A stretch of DNA of 32,000 nt from Sulfolobus acidocaldarius DSM 639 (lineage in GTDB: Archaea > Thermoproteota > Thermoprotei_A > Sulfolobales > Sulfolobaceae): NCBI RefSeq assembly GCF_000012285.1, contig NC_007181.1, positions 2,070,001 through 2,102,000 on the forward strand. Direction: 5' to 3'. Position 1 is the stretch's first letter. Every line of letters begins with the position of its first letter. Both the position numbers and the translations under genes were made by a program. Under the pieces are notes generated by a model. That model worked only from the letters and a program-made list of their open reading frames with translations. It was not told the origin of the DNA and searched no databases. This document shows positions 1 through 9,605 of this stretch, in pieces.

Positions 1-106
1 TAGAACAAGACTGATTTCATATGAAAAATTTTCAGTTATAAGTGTATAAAACTAAATGAACATAATTCAAAACAAAACCTGACCATGAGGTTAATTCAAA
101 TAAAGG

Positions 107-114
107 TTTATAAA
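107..114 (+). promoter_or_regulatory. TATA-box-like element (TTTATAAA) for the peroxiredoxin gene
   Basis: TTTATAAA is centred about 27 bp upstream of ATG 137. The spacing fits an archaeal leaderless transcript. Confidence 0.4.
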
Positions 115-136
115 TTCAAAAAGAATATGTAATTTC

Positions 137-580
137 ATGGTAAAAATAGGGGAAAAGGCACCTATATTTGAAGCTGTTACTGATAGTGGAGAGAGGATTT
201 CATTAGCGGACTTTATTGGAAAATATAATATTGTACTCTACTTCTATCCAAAGGACGATACTCCTGGATGCACAACAGAGGCTTGTGCTTTCAGAGATAA
301 CTGGGACTCGTTAAAAGGATTTGACGCAATGGTTATAGGTGTTAGTTCCGACGATACTAACTCACACAAGAAATTTAAACAAAAGTACAACTTACCGTTT
401 ATCTTGGTAAGTGACCCCGACAAAAAGATAAGAGAAATGTATAACGCAAAGGGCTTTATCCTACCAGCCAGGATAACGTTTGTAATTGATAAAAAAGGAG
501 TAATTAGACATATTTACAATTCACAGATGAATCCAGGTAACCATGTAAACGAAGCTCTAAAAGCACTTAAACAGATTAAG

Positions 581-604
<24 letters not shown>
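137..604 (+). CDS. bcp: Bcp/PrxQ-type thiol peroxidase (peroxiredoxin)
   Basis: 155-aa ORF. It carries [14 protein letters not shown], with the peroxidatic Cys in PGCT and a second Cys five residues later, on a thioredoxin-fold peroxiredoxin pattern. Confidence 0.9.
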
Positions 605-1134
<530 letters not shown>

Positions 1135-1147
<13 letters not shown>

Positions 1148-2973
1148 AACTTATCCCATCCCTCCGGCTTATCTCCTTTTATAGATATTGCCTTAAATGG
1201 ACAGACGGGTACACATGCTCCACAGCCTATACAGTTATAAACGTCTATTTCAGCCTTCTTATCCTTCCTGGGGATAATAGCAGGGCATGTGAAGTAATCA
1301 TAACATATGGTACAACCAGTACACTTAGCCATATCAACTACAGCTTTAGGTAATTTATTATCATCAATCACATCTGTAACTAATAGGGCACAAGCTCTCT
1401 TGGCTATTATCACCGCAGGCTCTTTGTTCTTCTTTACCCACTCGATAGCCTCGGTCAAGCTCTTAACGGAAGAGTTCATCTCAAAAGGATCAAAGTACTT
1501 CACAAACCTTACACCGAGTCCTTTGGCAACTTCTCCTATATCTATCTCCTTTGAAGGACTTGGCTGTTGTCCAGTCATTGCGGTGGATCTGTTATCTAGA
1601 ACTAGGAGAACAAGAGGGGTCTTGTTATATACAGCATTAGCTAAGCCACTCATACCACTGTGGAAGAACGTGGAATCACCTATAATAGCAACAGGTATAT
1701 TTCCGGTAGCTCTATAGACACCATTCGCAATACCTACACTTGAGCCCATATCTGTCGAGGAATCTTGCTCTTCAAATGGGGGTAAAAGTCCCAGAGTGTA
1801 ACATCCAATGTCTCCTGATATGAACGCATTACTCATCGAGGTCATCGACAAAGCTTTCTTGAGATCTACAAATGAGCTTCTGTGAGGACAGCCTGGACAT
1901 AGTGCTGGAGGTCTCTGAGGAATATCTGAAGGTGACTCTAGAAAACTTAAATCTAAATTCAGATCAAAAAACCTGCTGAACGCACTATAAACTTTGTCCA
2001 ATGTCATCTCTCCTACTTTACTTACTATGTCCTTTCCATGAAGCTCTACCCTTATACCATGATCATAGAGCAAGTCCTTAACTTGATATTCCACAATTGG
2101 TTCCACTTCTTCCACAATTAATACCCTTTCAGCCTCGCTTACGGCTTTTAAAATCAATTTACTAGGTATGGGTACAGGGGTTGAAATGCGTAATAAATTG
2201 GCTCTTATGTTCAGTTCGTTCATTGCGTCTTTGACAAAGGAATATGATATACCTGATGCTATAATTAAGTCCTTAGAACCGTTGTCTTCATATTCATTTA
2301 GGTTTTCCACTTCCTCCTTTATCATTTCCCACCTTTTCAACTGCTCCATTCTGTTCCTCCTGGCATTTTCAGGTACAAGGACGTATTTCTTGGGGTTCTT
2401 TGTCACCTTACCGTATATGGGATTTATAGGCGGTTTTATTGAAACGGGGGCTCTCACATGACTTATCCTTGTTGTGGTCCTGAATATTACGGGATGTTTT
2501 ACCTTAGCACTGAGTTTGAAAGCCTCTATCATTAGGTTGTAAGCTGACTGCGGATCATAAGGTTCAATGACTGGAATTAAGCCATGTAAACCATAATAAC
2601 GATTATCCTGTTCGTTTTGAGAAGACCACATCGAGGGATCATCGGCTGATACTATAACAAAGGCACCCTCAACTCCTGTATAGGAGGAACTCATTAATGG
2701 ATCTGCAGCAACGTTTAAACCTACATGCTTCATTGTAGTCAATGCATATGCCCCATTTATGGCTGCACCGTACGCTGTCTCAAAGGCTACTTTTTCATTT
2801 GCACTCCATTCTACATAAACGTTCCTACTATGTTTTTGTATTGTCTCCAGTATTTCTGTGGAGGGTGTGCCTGGGTATCCTGCGGCTACTGACACCCCTG
2901 ATGCCAATGAGGCGAGTGCTATTGCTTCGTTTCCTAGCAAGATTTGCCTGGCTAATGAAGAAGTAATCATCAT
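1135..2973 (-). CDS. iorA: Indolepyruvate:ferredoxin oxidoreductase, alpha subunit (TPP plus two 4Fe-4S)
   Basis: It has the TPP motif GDSTFFHSG and the N-terminal LLGNEAIA. Two C-terminal ferredoxin motifs are present: [14 protein letters not shown] and [12 protein letters not shown]. The ORF track starts at TTG 2988. I prefer the in-frame ATG 2973 because a TATA-like ATATTTATT (minus strand, plus coordinates 2997-3005) lies about 28 bp upstream of it. Confidence 0.88.
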
Positions 2974-3135
2974 TATAAATGTTGACAAAAAATGCTAATA
3001 AATATTCCTATCTAATGTATATACTTTTGATAATTTAGAATAATTAAATCAAATAGAGTCAACTTACCAATGACGATTACTGAAAAATTTTTATCAAAAA
3101 ATATTTTAAAATCATGGAAAAATAAAAAGATATAT

Positions 3136-3570
3136 CTACTCTATAGAAATTCTCAAGGGGTAGTTAAAGTTTGAAACTCTTATCCTCCCACCCTTTTTAG
3201 GAGTCCCTTCAAGATAACAGAACAGACCGCCATTTACACCTTTAAACCTCAGTAACCCTATATGAACAGGCTCAGTCAATTTTTGTCCATCGTCATTTTG
3301 ATAGATTGTGGTGAATGAGTCCAAATACGCATCATCCAACTTGAGTTCAACATATTCCTCTATCTTTGTGAAACAGTCTTCACAGTATATTCTTGGCGGT
3401 AGATAGACTTTCCCACATTTCTTACACTTACTTCCCACTATTTTATTCTCCTTAAGACCTTGGAAGAATCTCTCTCCAGCTGGTCCCACTGTATATTCGT
3501 ATTTCTCAGCTTCCATTATGTCATACCATTTCAGTAAACTTCCTTCCTTACCCTCTTTTTCCCACGACAT
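3136..3570 (-). CDS. DUF35-type Zn-ribbon/OB-fold protein (thiolase-associated)
   Basis: 144 aa. It has the CKKCGKVYLPPRIYCEDC pattern (CxxC-x11-CxxC) followed by a beta-rich C-terminus. AGGTGAT SD lies 4 nt before the ATG. The start abuts the upstream stop (TAAATG). Confidence 0.85.
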   Translation of the reverse strand: MSWEKEGKEGSLLKWYDIMEAEKYEYTVGPAGERFFQGLKENKIVGSKCKKCGKVYLPPRIYCEDCFTKIEEYVELKLDDAYLDSFTTIYQNDDGQKLTEPVHIGLLRFKGVNGGLFCYLEGTPKKGGRIRVSNFNYPLRISIE

Positions 3571-4068
3571 TTAGATCACCTTAAAGCATTGAATATCCTC
3601 TATACTAGCTTTTCTTTCTTCTTTTGGTCTCCATACTGCCTTAACCCTCTTTCCAATAACGCTCATGTTCCTCACCTCTTCGTAGGAAACACATAGCCTG
3701 TGGAATATTCCAGGATAAACGAAGTCTCTGGGATTGGATGGAAGCAATCTTATGACTCCTACCAGTTCTGGTTCGGAAATCTTCTCCCTAGTCCAACTTA
3801 TAAAACTAGCAACTGCCGTCATTACATAGCCCTCGTCCATTACTTCTACCCAGATATCAGTGGGTCTAAAACACTCGTCACAATACATCTTAGGCGGAAC
3901 GTAAATCTTGCCGCATTTAACACATTTCCTTCCCAGAATCTTTCCCTCCTTTAGACCTAAGAGATATCTGCTTTGAGCCTGACCTGCAGTATAGGCATAC
4001 TTTGCGTTAGGTTTATATGGAATTAATACGTGCTTATGTAATTCCTCCTCTTTTAGAGAAGTAACCAC
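3571..4068 (-). CDS. DUF35-type Zn-ribbon/OB-fold protein (thiolase-associated), paralog
   Basis: 165 aa with CVKCGKIYVPPKMYCDEC. The start is GTG, preceded by GAGGTGA with a 6-nt spacer. Confidence 0.85.
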   Translation of the reverse strand: MVTSLKEEELHKHVLIPYKPNAKYAYTAGQAQSRYLLGLKEGKILGRKCVKCGKIYVPPKMYCDECFRPTDIWVEVMDEGYVMTAVASFISWTREKISEPELVGVIRLLPSNPRDFVYPGIFHRLCVSYEEVRNMSVIGKRVKAVWRPKEERKASIEDIQCFKVI

Positions 4069-4079
4069 TTCTTCTCACC

Positions 4080-5258
4080 TCAATTACGCATAATAATAAC
4101 TGTGGATGCTTGCATAAGATCGCCCCATGCTTGGGCTAAACCAGTGTGAACTGGTTTCTTTACCTGCATCTTGCCTGCAGTGCCCTTTAGTTGCCAATAT
4201 ATACTGATAACTTTCATAAGACCTGCAGCTGCTATGGGATTGCCAACTCCCAGGAGACCTCCACTTGGGCTACTAGGAATATCTCCATCAATATCAAAGA
4301 CTCCCTCTTTCAGGAGTTTAGGTGCTTCTCCTCTCTTTGCAATTCTTAACCCCTCAATGTGATGTAACTCTTTATAATCGAACGGGTCATATGGCTCTAT
4401 TACGTCAAGTTCTTTGTACGGGTTCTCTATTCCCGCCATTTTATAAGCCATCCTTGCGGCAAACTCTAAATACCTAGGATATGCAAGGTCTCTAGCGGGC
4501 CATTCTGTATTATCCAGTGTCCAACCCACTCCATCAACCCAAATTGGTGTATCAGAGTATCTTCTAGCCACATCTTCAGACGCCATAACCATTGCTGCTC
4601 CTCCATCACTTACAGGACTTATATCCAAAAGCTGAACTGGCCATACCAAAACTTCGCTATTCAGAACATCATCTACTGTTATGTTTCCTCCCAACTGGGC
4701 ATAAGGATTATTTGCTGCGTTCCTCTTGTTCTTTACAGACACTAACGCTATTTCCTCCTTCTTTATTCCATAAGTAGCCATATACCTATGCATCTCCATA
4801 GCGAATATCCATATTAAGTTTGGGTTCAATGGTTTTTCTAAAATAGGATCCCATATATATCTAAATACTGATTGTGGGTGAGGTCTTGCAGGACTCATCT
4901 TCTCTTCAGCAACGACAAGCACAGTATTACACATACCACTTGCAACATGATACCAACCAGTTATAGCAGCCATAACACCAGTAGCTCCGCCCACAAATAC
5001 TCTGCTCGAGGGCTTTCTAATGCCACCTGAACCATGGGATAGGTACTCTCCCTTTAGATTAACTCCATCGAAGGCATCAGGAGCACTTCCTATCACCACG
5101 CACTCTATGTCCTTTAACTCTAATCCTGCCTCTTCCAATGCCTTACTAGATGCTTCCCATGCTATCTCCTGAGGTGTCTCAAGTATTCTTCTCCTGAACT
5201 GTGTCATCCCAGCACCAATCACTGCTACCCTCTTATTCAAATGTATGTTTACCTTCAT
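4080..5258 (-). CDS. Thiolase-fold protein (SCP-x/nsLTP-like), apparently lacking the catalytic Cys and His
   Basis: 392 aa with an N-terminal VAVIGAGMTQF and thiolase-like overall layout. It reads VFVGGATG where thiolases have xACASG, and GGLLGVGNPIAAAG where they have GGxxSxGHPxGATG. An ATGA overlap joins it to the upstream gene, and a GGTGG SD precedes the start. Confidence 0.8.
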   Translation of the reverse strand: MKVNIHLNKRVAVIGAGMTQFRRRILETPQEIAWEASSKALEEAGLELKDIECVVIGSAPDAFDGVNLKGEYLSHGSGGIRKPSSRVFVGGATGVMAAITGWYHVASGMCNTVLVVAEEKMSPARPHPQSVFRYIWDPILEKPLNPNLIWIFAMEMHRYMATYGIKKEEIALVSVKNKRNAANNPYAQLGGNITVDDVLNSEVLVWPVQLLDISPVSDGGAAMVMASEDVARRYSDTPIWVDGVGWTLDNTEWPARDLAYPRYLEFAARMAYKMAGIENPYKELDVIEPYDPFDYKELHHIEGLRIAKRGEAPKLLKEGVFDIDGDIPSSPSGGLLGVGNPIAAAGLMKVISIYWQLKGTAGKMQVKKPVHTGLAQAWGDLMQASTVIIMRN

Positions 5259-6403
5259 GGTCTTTCCACCACCACAACAGAACCTGTAAAAGTAGGGATC
5301 CCTCTCCAGGATCCAACAAGAGCTCTATCTCCTTTTCCACTATTTATGTAGTCTATTGCGTCTAGTAGAAGAGAGAACCCTGCAGCTTCCAACGGAACCC
5401 CTTTAGACAGATGACCGCCTAGAGGATTAACCGGTATTTCGCCTTGTGGATGTAAATTACCCTCTCTCAGATCTTTAACTGGTTCTTCTGAGATCCCTAA
5501 TGCCTCAAGATGTTGTAACTCTTTATAACTGTATCTATCGTCAACAAATACCGCATTGAAGTATTTTCTCGGCGAGTCAATCTTACCCATTCTATATGCC
5601 ATATTTGCCGCTAGTTTCATGTATGTAGCTTTACCCATATCTGAGGTCTCGGCATTGACTGAATCTGTTGCATATCCAACTCCCCTTATTATTAGATAGT
5701 CATCCCCCTTAACTCTCTTTGCAACCTCCTCAGAGGCTATCACAATTGTAATTGCTCCATCCACGAATGAGGCAATATCTAGTCTAGTTAAGGGGTACAC
5801 CACATACTCATTATGTCTAAGAATCTCATCTACTGATAAGTTACTGGCATAAGATGATCTCACAGACTTAAGCCCAGCCTTTTTGTTCTTTTCTACAACT
5901 AAAGCTAAGTCCTCCCTTGTTACTCCTTTCCTTTCCATAAATTTCACTGCATCTATTCCTGCGAGAAAGTGAAAGTTAGGAGGGTTTAATGTCCTTAAGT
6001 AAATCGGATCCATGGCAAATTTCACTAGGTCGGGGAATGTTAGAATATCACTTACCTTGGAATGACCTTCAATGGCAACGACATCTGCTACACCGGCGTT
6101 AATATGCATTATACCATGAGCTAAACCCTGGATTGTATCGCCTGCAACGGTCATAGTTGGTCTCATTGCCCCTCCTATTTGATCTGGAGCAAACTCGTCG
6201 CTTATAGATATTCCCTCCCAAAAATCCTCTTGGCATGATATAAAAGAATCAACATCTGTTCTTGGATTAATATCTCCTGCGTCCTTATATGCCCTCGACG
6301 CTGCCTCAAATACCATTTCTCTGAAGGACACTTCTGGTGTAGTTGGTCTAAAACCATACCAACCCACGCCAATAATGGCTGTTCTATTCAGAAAAACCAC
6401 CAA
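5255..6403 (-). CDS. Thiolase-fold protein, second paralog, also apparently lacking the catalytic Cys and His
   Basis: 382 aa with TAIIGVGWYGF at the N-terminus. It reads TVAGDTIQG at the expected nucleophile position and GGHLSKGVPLEAAG at the expected His position. The start is TTG 6403 (GTG 6400 is an alternative). There is no SD and the upstream region is AT-rich, so it is probably the first gene of the operon. Confidence 0.75.
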   Translation of the reverse strand: MVVFLNRTAIIGVGWYGFRPTTPEVSFREMVFEAASRAYKDAGDINPRTDVDSFISCQEDFWEGISISDEFAPDQIGGAMRPTMTVAGDTIQGLAHGIMHINAGVADVVAIEGHSKVSDILTFPDLVKFAMDPIYLRTLNPPNFHFLAGIDAVKFMERKGVTREDLALVVEKNKKAGLKSVRSSYASNLSVDEILRHNEYVVYPLTRLDIASFVDGAITIVIASEEVAKRVKGDDYLIIRGVGYATDSVNAETSDMGKATYMKLAANMAYRMGKIDSPRKYFNAVFVDDRYSYKELQHLEALGISEEPVKDLREGNLHPQGEIPVNPLGGHLSKGVPLEAAGFSLLLDAIDYINSGKGDRALVGSWRGIPTFTGSVVVVERP

Positions 6404-6440
6404 TTAAAATTAAATAATTATTATTATTAAAAATTTTTGT

Positions 6441-7565
6441 CTAGATATCATCCAGCGTAGGAATTCCGTATTTTTCAACATATTTGGAAATAATATGCCT
6501 TTGAACCTCGTCTGTGCCTTCGCCAATTCTCATTAACCTCACGTCCCTGTAGATTCTCTCAATCTTTGTACCTTTCGCATACCCCATCCCTCCAAATATC
6601 TGTAAAGATAGATCCACAACTTGGTTTGCTACCTCTCCAGAAAGTAACTTAAGCATCGAAGCGTAAACTCCCTTGGTATTAGAGTTTTCCTCAAACTTCT
6701 TACTGACCTCTTTCATAAAAGACTTGACTGAGGTAAGTTTTGTAATTGAATCAGCAATATACCACTTTATTCCCTGAAAAGAATATAACTTACTACCAAA
6801 AGCCTCCCTATTTAGTGCCCAGCTTAAGGCTTCTTGTAGTGCAGATTCTGCTAAACCGATTGATATACCACTTATTGCCAATCTTCCAACCTCTAACACA
6901 GTATTTACCATATCCCAGCCCCTATTAATCTCCCCAACAACTTGAGACTCGTCAGCCTTGCACTCTCTAAATACGACCTCAGATGTCCCAGTGCCTCTGT
7001 TACCCATAACTTCAATCTTCCTGCTCTCTATACAATTACTCCTAGGTAATAGGAATACAGATAACTCGCCTCTCCTTGACCCAGTCCTAGCTACAGTTAT
7101 GAACAGATCAGCGTAAATTCCCTGAGTTATCCACATTTTACGTCCTGATATTACCCACTCTCCATTTCTCCTCTCAGCATATGTTTTCATGGAGCCAACA
7201 TCACTACCACCTGTGGGTTCGGTCAACGCAAAACTACCTATCATTTTCCCTCTGCTTATAGGATCAAGAAACTGTTTCTTCTGACTCTCATTAGCAAATA
7301 GTCTGAGCATTTCGCCTACTAACTCTCCCTGAGCATCAGCAATTAGAGCCACGGAACCGCTAACTTTAGCCATTTCCTCTAACGAGATGACCATATCATA
7401 ATAGGATAAGTTGTTCTGTAAAGGGACAAGATAGCCAAGCTCCCCTAGCTTTTCCACAATATCCCTCGGATAATAATCCTCTCTATCTACCTTCTCTGCG
7501 ATTTTCTCTACTTCTCGTCTGAGGAATTCTCTTAAAGAATTAACCAAAATAGTTGTTTCGCTCAT
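6441..7565 (-). CDS. Acyl-CoA dehydrogenase (FAD)
   Basis: 374 aa. Motifs seen are ALTEPTGGSDV, WITQG and the C-terminal RIGEGTDEVQR (catalytic-base Glu context). The palindromic TATA-like TATTTTAAAATA (7588-7599) lies about 28 bp upstream of the ATG. Confidence 0.9.
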   Translation of the reverse strand: MSETTILVNSLREFLRREVEKIAEKVDREDYYPRDIVEKLGELGYLVPLQNNLSYYDMVISLEEMAKVSGSVALIADAQGELVGEMLRLFANESQKKQFLDPISRGKMIGSFALTEPTGGSDVGSMKTYAERRNGEWVISGRKMWITQGIYADLFITVARTGSRRGELSVFLLPRSNCIESRKIEVMGNRGTGTSEVVFRECKADESQVVGEINRGWDMVNTVLEVGRLAISGISIGLAESALQEALSWALNREAFGSKLYSFQGIKWYIADSITKLTSVKSFMKEVSKKFEENSNTKGVYASMLKLLSGEVANQVVDLSLQIFGGMGYAKGTKIERIYRDVRLMRIGEGTDEVQRHIISKYVEKYGIPTLDDI

Positions 7566-7599
7566 ATTCTTAAATTAGAATTCTTGTATTTTAAAATAT

Positions 7600-7612
7600 T
7601 TGTTTTAAACAA
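7600..7612. promoter_or_regulatory. Inverted repeat TTGTTT-T-AAACAA between divergent promoters (candidate operator)
   Basis: Read directly. The repeat has 6-bp arms and a 1-nt spacer. It sits between the TATA-like elements of the dehydrogenase (7588-7599) and synthetase (about 7618-7628) genes. Confidence 0.25.
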
Positions 7613-7649
7613 GCAAAAGATAAATATAACTTTTTCTTAACTATATAAA

Positions 7650-9509
7650 ATGAATTGGAGAATATATTCTTTAGAACAAATTAAATCCATGAGCAAGTAT
7701 GCCATGGATGATCCCACGAGCTTTTGGAGGGATAAAACTGAGTATATCACTTGGTTCAAAAAGCCTGAAAGTATTGTAGAGGGGCAAGCACCATATGACA
7801 AGTGGTTTGTGAGAGGAACCACAAATATCAGTTATAACGCCGTAGATAGGCATATTCCCAGTAGGAAAGATAAAGTGGCATTTTACTGGGCTAATGAGAG
7901 ATTTGAGACTAAGACTGTGTCATATCTAGATTTGTACAATGAGGTGAATAAGGCAACATATGTACTGCAAGAGCTGGGAGTGAGAAAAGGAGATAGTGTA
8001 TCACTTCTATTTCCTAGTATTCCGGAGGCAGTATTTTTTAGTCTTGCCGTACACAGATTGGGTGCAGTACTTGTAATTCATTATGTAGGATTAAGCCATG
8101 AGACATTAGCTTATAGGTTAAATGACTGCGGATCAAAGGTGATGGTTGTTGCCTCGAAGGGGATTAGAAACGGTAACGAGATAAGAATCAAGGACTTTGT
8201 GGACAAATTACTTGACTCCCATACCACACCAGTAAAGAGTGTGCTTGTAGTGTCAAGAGGTTACTCGGATTTTGAAGTTAAACAAAACAGGGATATTGTA
8301 TATGAGGATGTAAAACCAAAGGGAAAGGTGTACGTTAGACCAGAGGAAGTGGAATCAAACGAGCCCGGTACTATTTACTATACTTCTGGTACCACTGGTA
8401 AGCCTAAAGGGTTATTCCACTCTCACGCCGGTTATACCATAGGCTTAAACTGGGCTTTTAGGGCACTTTTAAATCCTCAGGATAATGAGGTGTGGTGGAC
8501 AGTATCTGAATTAGGGTGGCCTGTTTGGCCCATGGCTAACCTATACACAATTCCAGTAATGGGAATTACAGGAGTCCTATTTGAGGGATTCATAGGATAT
8601 AAAAGGGATTTGTTCTCTAGGGTCATAGAACGATTTAACGTAAATTACGTATGGAGCTCGACCACTACACTTTACACTCTTAAGAGTTTAGGTGAAGAAT
8701 CTGTAAAGTCAGGAGACACTTCGAGCTTAAAGATCATTCTTAACACAGGGGAACCGCTAAATGTAGGGGCATGGAACTGGTTAACTGAAAACATGCCTCA
8801 TGTGAAGATCGGTGACGCTTATTGGATGACAGAACACCTTATACCCATAGCCTGCACACCATATGGATTAGGAGAGATTCCTTACAAACCTGGGTCTGCT
8901 GGTATAGTATTCCCAGGTACATATTTCACGGTAGTAGACGATGATGGAAAGCCTTTGCCACCAAAGCAGAAGGGATACATAGTGGTCAAACCTTTAAATC
9001 CTGCCACAGCTAAGATGTGGAATGACCCCACTTACGAGAAAATAAAAGATAAATATTGGTCTAGATTCCCAGGTTACTTCTATACAGGGGATTACGGATA
9101 TGTAGATGAAGACGGATATCTTTTTGTACTGGGAAGAGCTGACGACGTGATAAGAAGTGAGGGAGAAAGAATAGGAACCCTTGAGGTGGAAAGTATAATT
9201 GGGACCTATCCTCAAGTTGCAGAGACTGCAGTTGTGGGAACAACAAATTCTATTGTGGCTTTTGTTGTTCCTAAGCAGGGAGTTAACCCAGATGATGTTT
9301 TAAGAAATGAAATCAAGAACTATTGTAGAAACTCTGGATATATTGTAGATAAGGTGATATTTCTTAAGAGGTTACCAAAGACTAAGAGCGGAAAGATTAT
9401 GAGAAGATTATTAAAGTCAATTTTAGCTAACGAGGATCCGGGTGATGTTTCAACTCTAGATGACATCAAGATTATTGAAGAGTTAAAACAGTCCCTTAGC
9501 CAGACATAA
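7650..9509 (+). CDS. AMP-forming acyl-CoA synthetase (acetyl/propionyl-CoA synthetase-like)
   Basis: 619 aa. It has the AMP-binding motif YTSGTTGKPKG and an N-terminal DPTSFW...YNAVDRH layout typical of ACS-type enzymes. YTGDYGYVDEDGY and the C-terminal LPKTKSGKIMRR are also present. Confidence 0.9.
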   Translation: MNWRIYSLEQIKSMSKYAMDDPTSFWRDKTEYITWFKKPESIVEGQAPYDKWFVRGTTNISYNAVDRHIPSRKDKVAFYWANERFETKTVSYLDLYNEVNKATYVLQELGVRKGDSVSLLFPSIPEAVFFSLAVHRLGAVLVIHYVGLSHETLAYRLNDCGSKVMVVASKGIRNGNEIRIKDFVDKLLDSHTTPVKSVLVVSRGYSDFEVKQNRDIVYEDVKPKGKVYVRPEEVESNEPGTIYYTSGTTGKPKGLFHSHAGYTIGLNWAFRALLNPQDNEVWWTVSELGWPVWPMANLYTIPVMGITGVLFEGFIGYKRDLFSRVIERFNVNYVWSSTTTLYTLKSLGEESVKSGDTSSLKIILNTGEPLNVGAWNWLTENMPHVKIGDAYWMTEHLIPIACTPYGLGEIPYKPGSAGIVFPGTYFTVVDDDGKPLPPKQKGYIVVKPLNPATAKMWNDPTYEKIKDKYWSRFPGYFYTGDYGYVDEDGYLFVLGRADDVIRSEGERIGTLEVESIIGTYPQVAETAVVGTTNSIVAFVVPKQGVNPDDVLRNEIKNYCRNSGYIVDKVIFLKRLPKTKSGKIMRRLLKSILANEDPGDVSTLDDIKIIEELKQSLSQT

Positions 9510-9530
9510 AGCAAGACGAAATAATTGATA

Positions 9531-9542
9531 TTTTTTATTTTT
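9531..9542 (+). terminator. T-rich archaeal terminator candidate after the synthetase gene
   Basis: TTTTTTATTTTT lies about 22 nt downstream of the TAA at 9507-9509. Confidence 0.35.
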
Positions 9543-9605
9543 ATCTGAATTTTCCTTGAATACTTTTCATTAACTAATATTTGCCCTTCAGTCTTTTTCT
9601 AAAAA

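Noticed and set aside
1307-2966. Plus-strand ORFs 1307..1717 (136 aa), 2168..2461 and 2742..2966 inside iorA.
   Set aside because: They are antisense shadows of a well-supported iorA reading frame. Their composition is low-complexity and Leu/Ser-rich, and they have no motifs, promoter or SD.
5255-6403. Possibility that the second thiolase-fold gene is the archaeal HMG-CoA synthase of the thiolase/HMGCS/DUF35 complex.
   Set aside because: The N-terminal AIIGVGWYGF and C-terminal GGHLSKG.PLEAAG layout follow SCP-x-type thiolases rather than HMGCS. No HMGCS-type catalytic Cys context was seen, and two DUF35 genes rather than one are present.
7642-7650. TATATAAAA immediately abutting the synthetase ATG, considered as its TATA box.
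   Set aside because: It is too close to drive a transcript that includes ATG 7650. The upstream ATAAATATAAC (about 7618-7628) has the correct 26-bp spacing. The element would matter only if the real start were ATG 7689, which would remove the conserved N-terminal Y..L...S segment before DPTSFW.
7637-7853. Minus-strand ORFs 7637..7822 and 7671..7853 opposite the 5' end of the acyl-CoA synthetase.
   Set aside because: They overlap a motif-supported gene on the other strand. They have no promoter spacing or motifs, and they would collide with the divergent promoter architecture.
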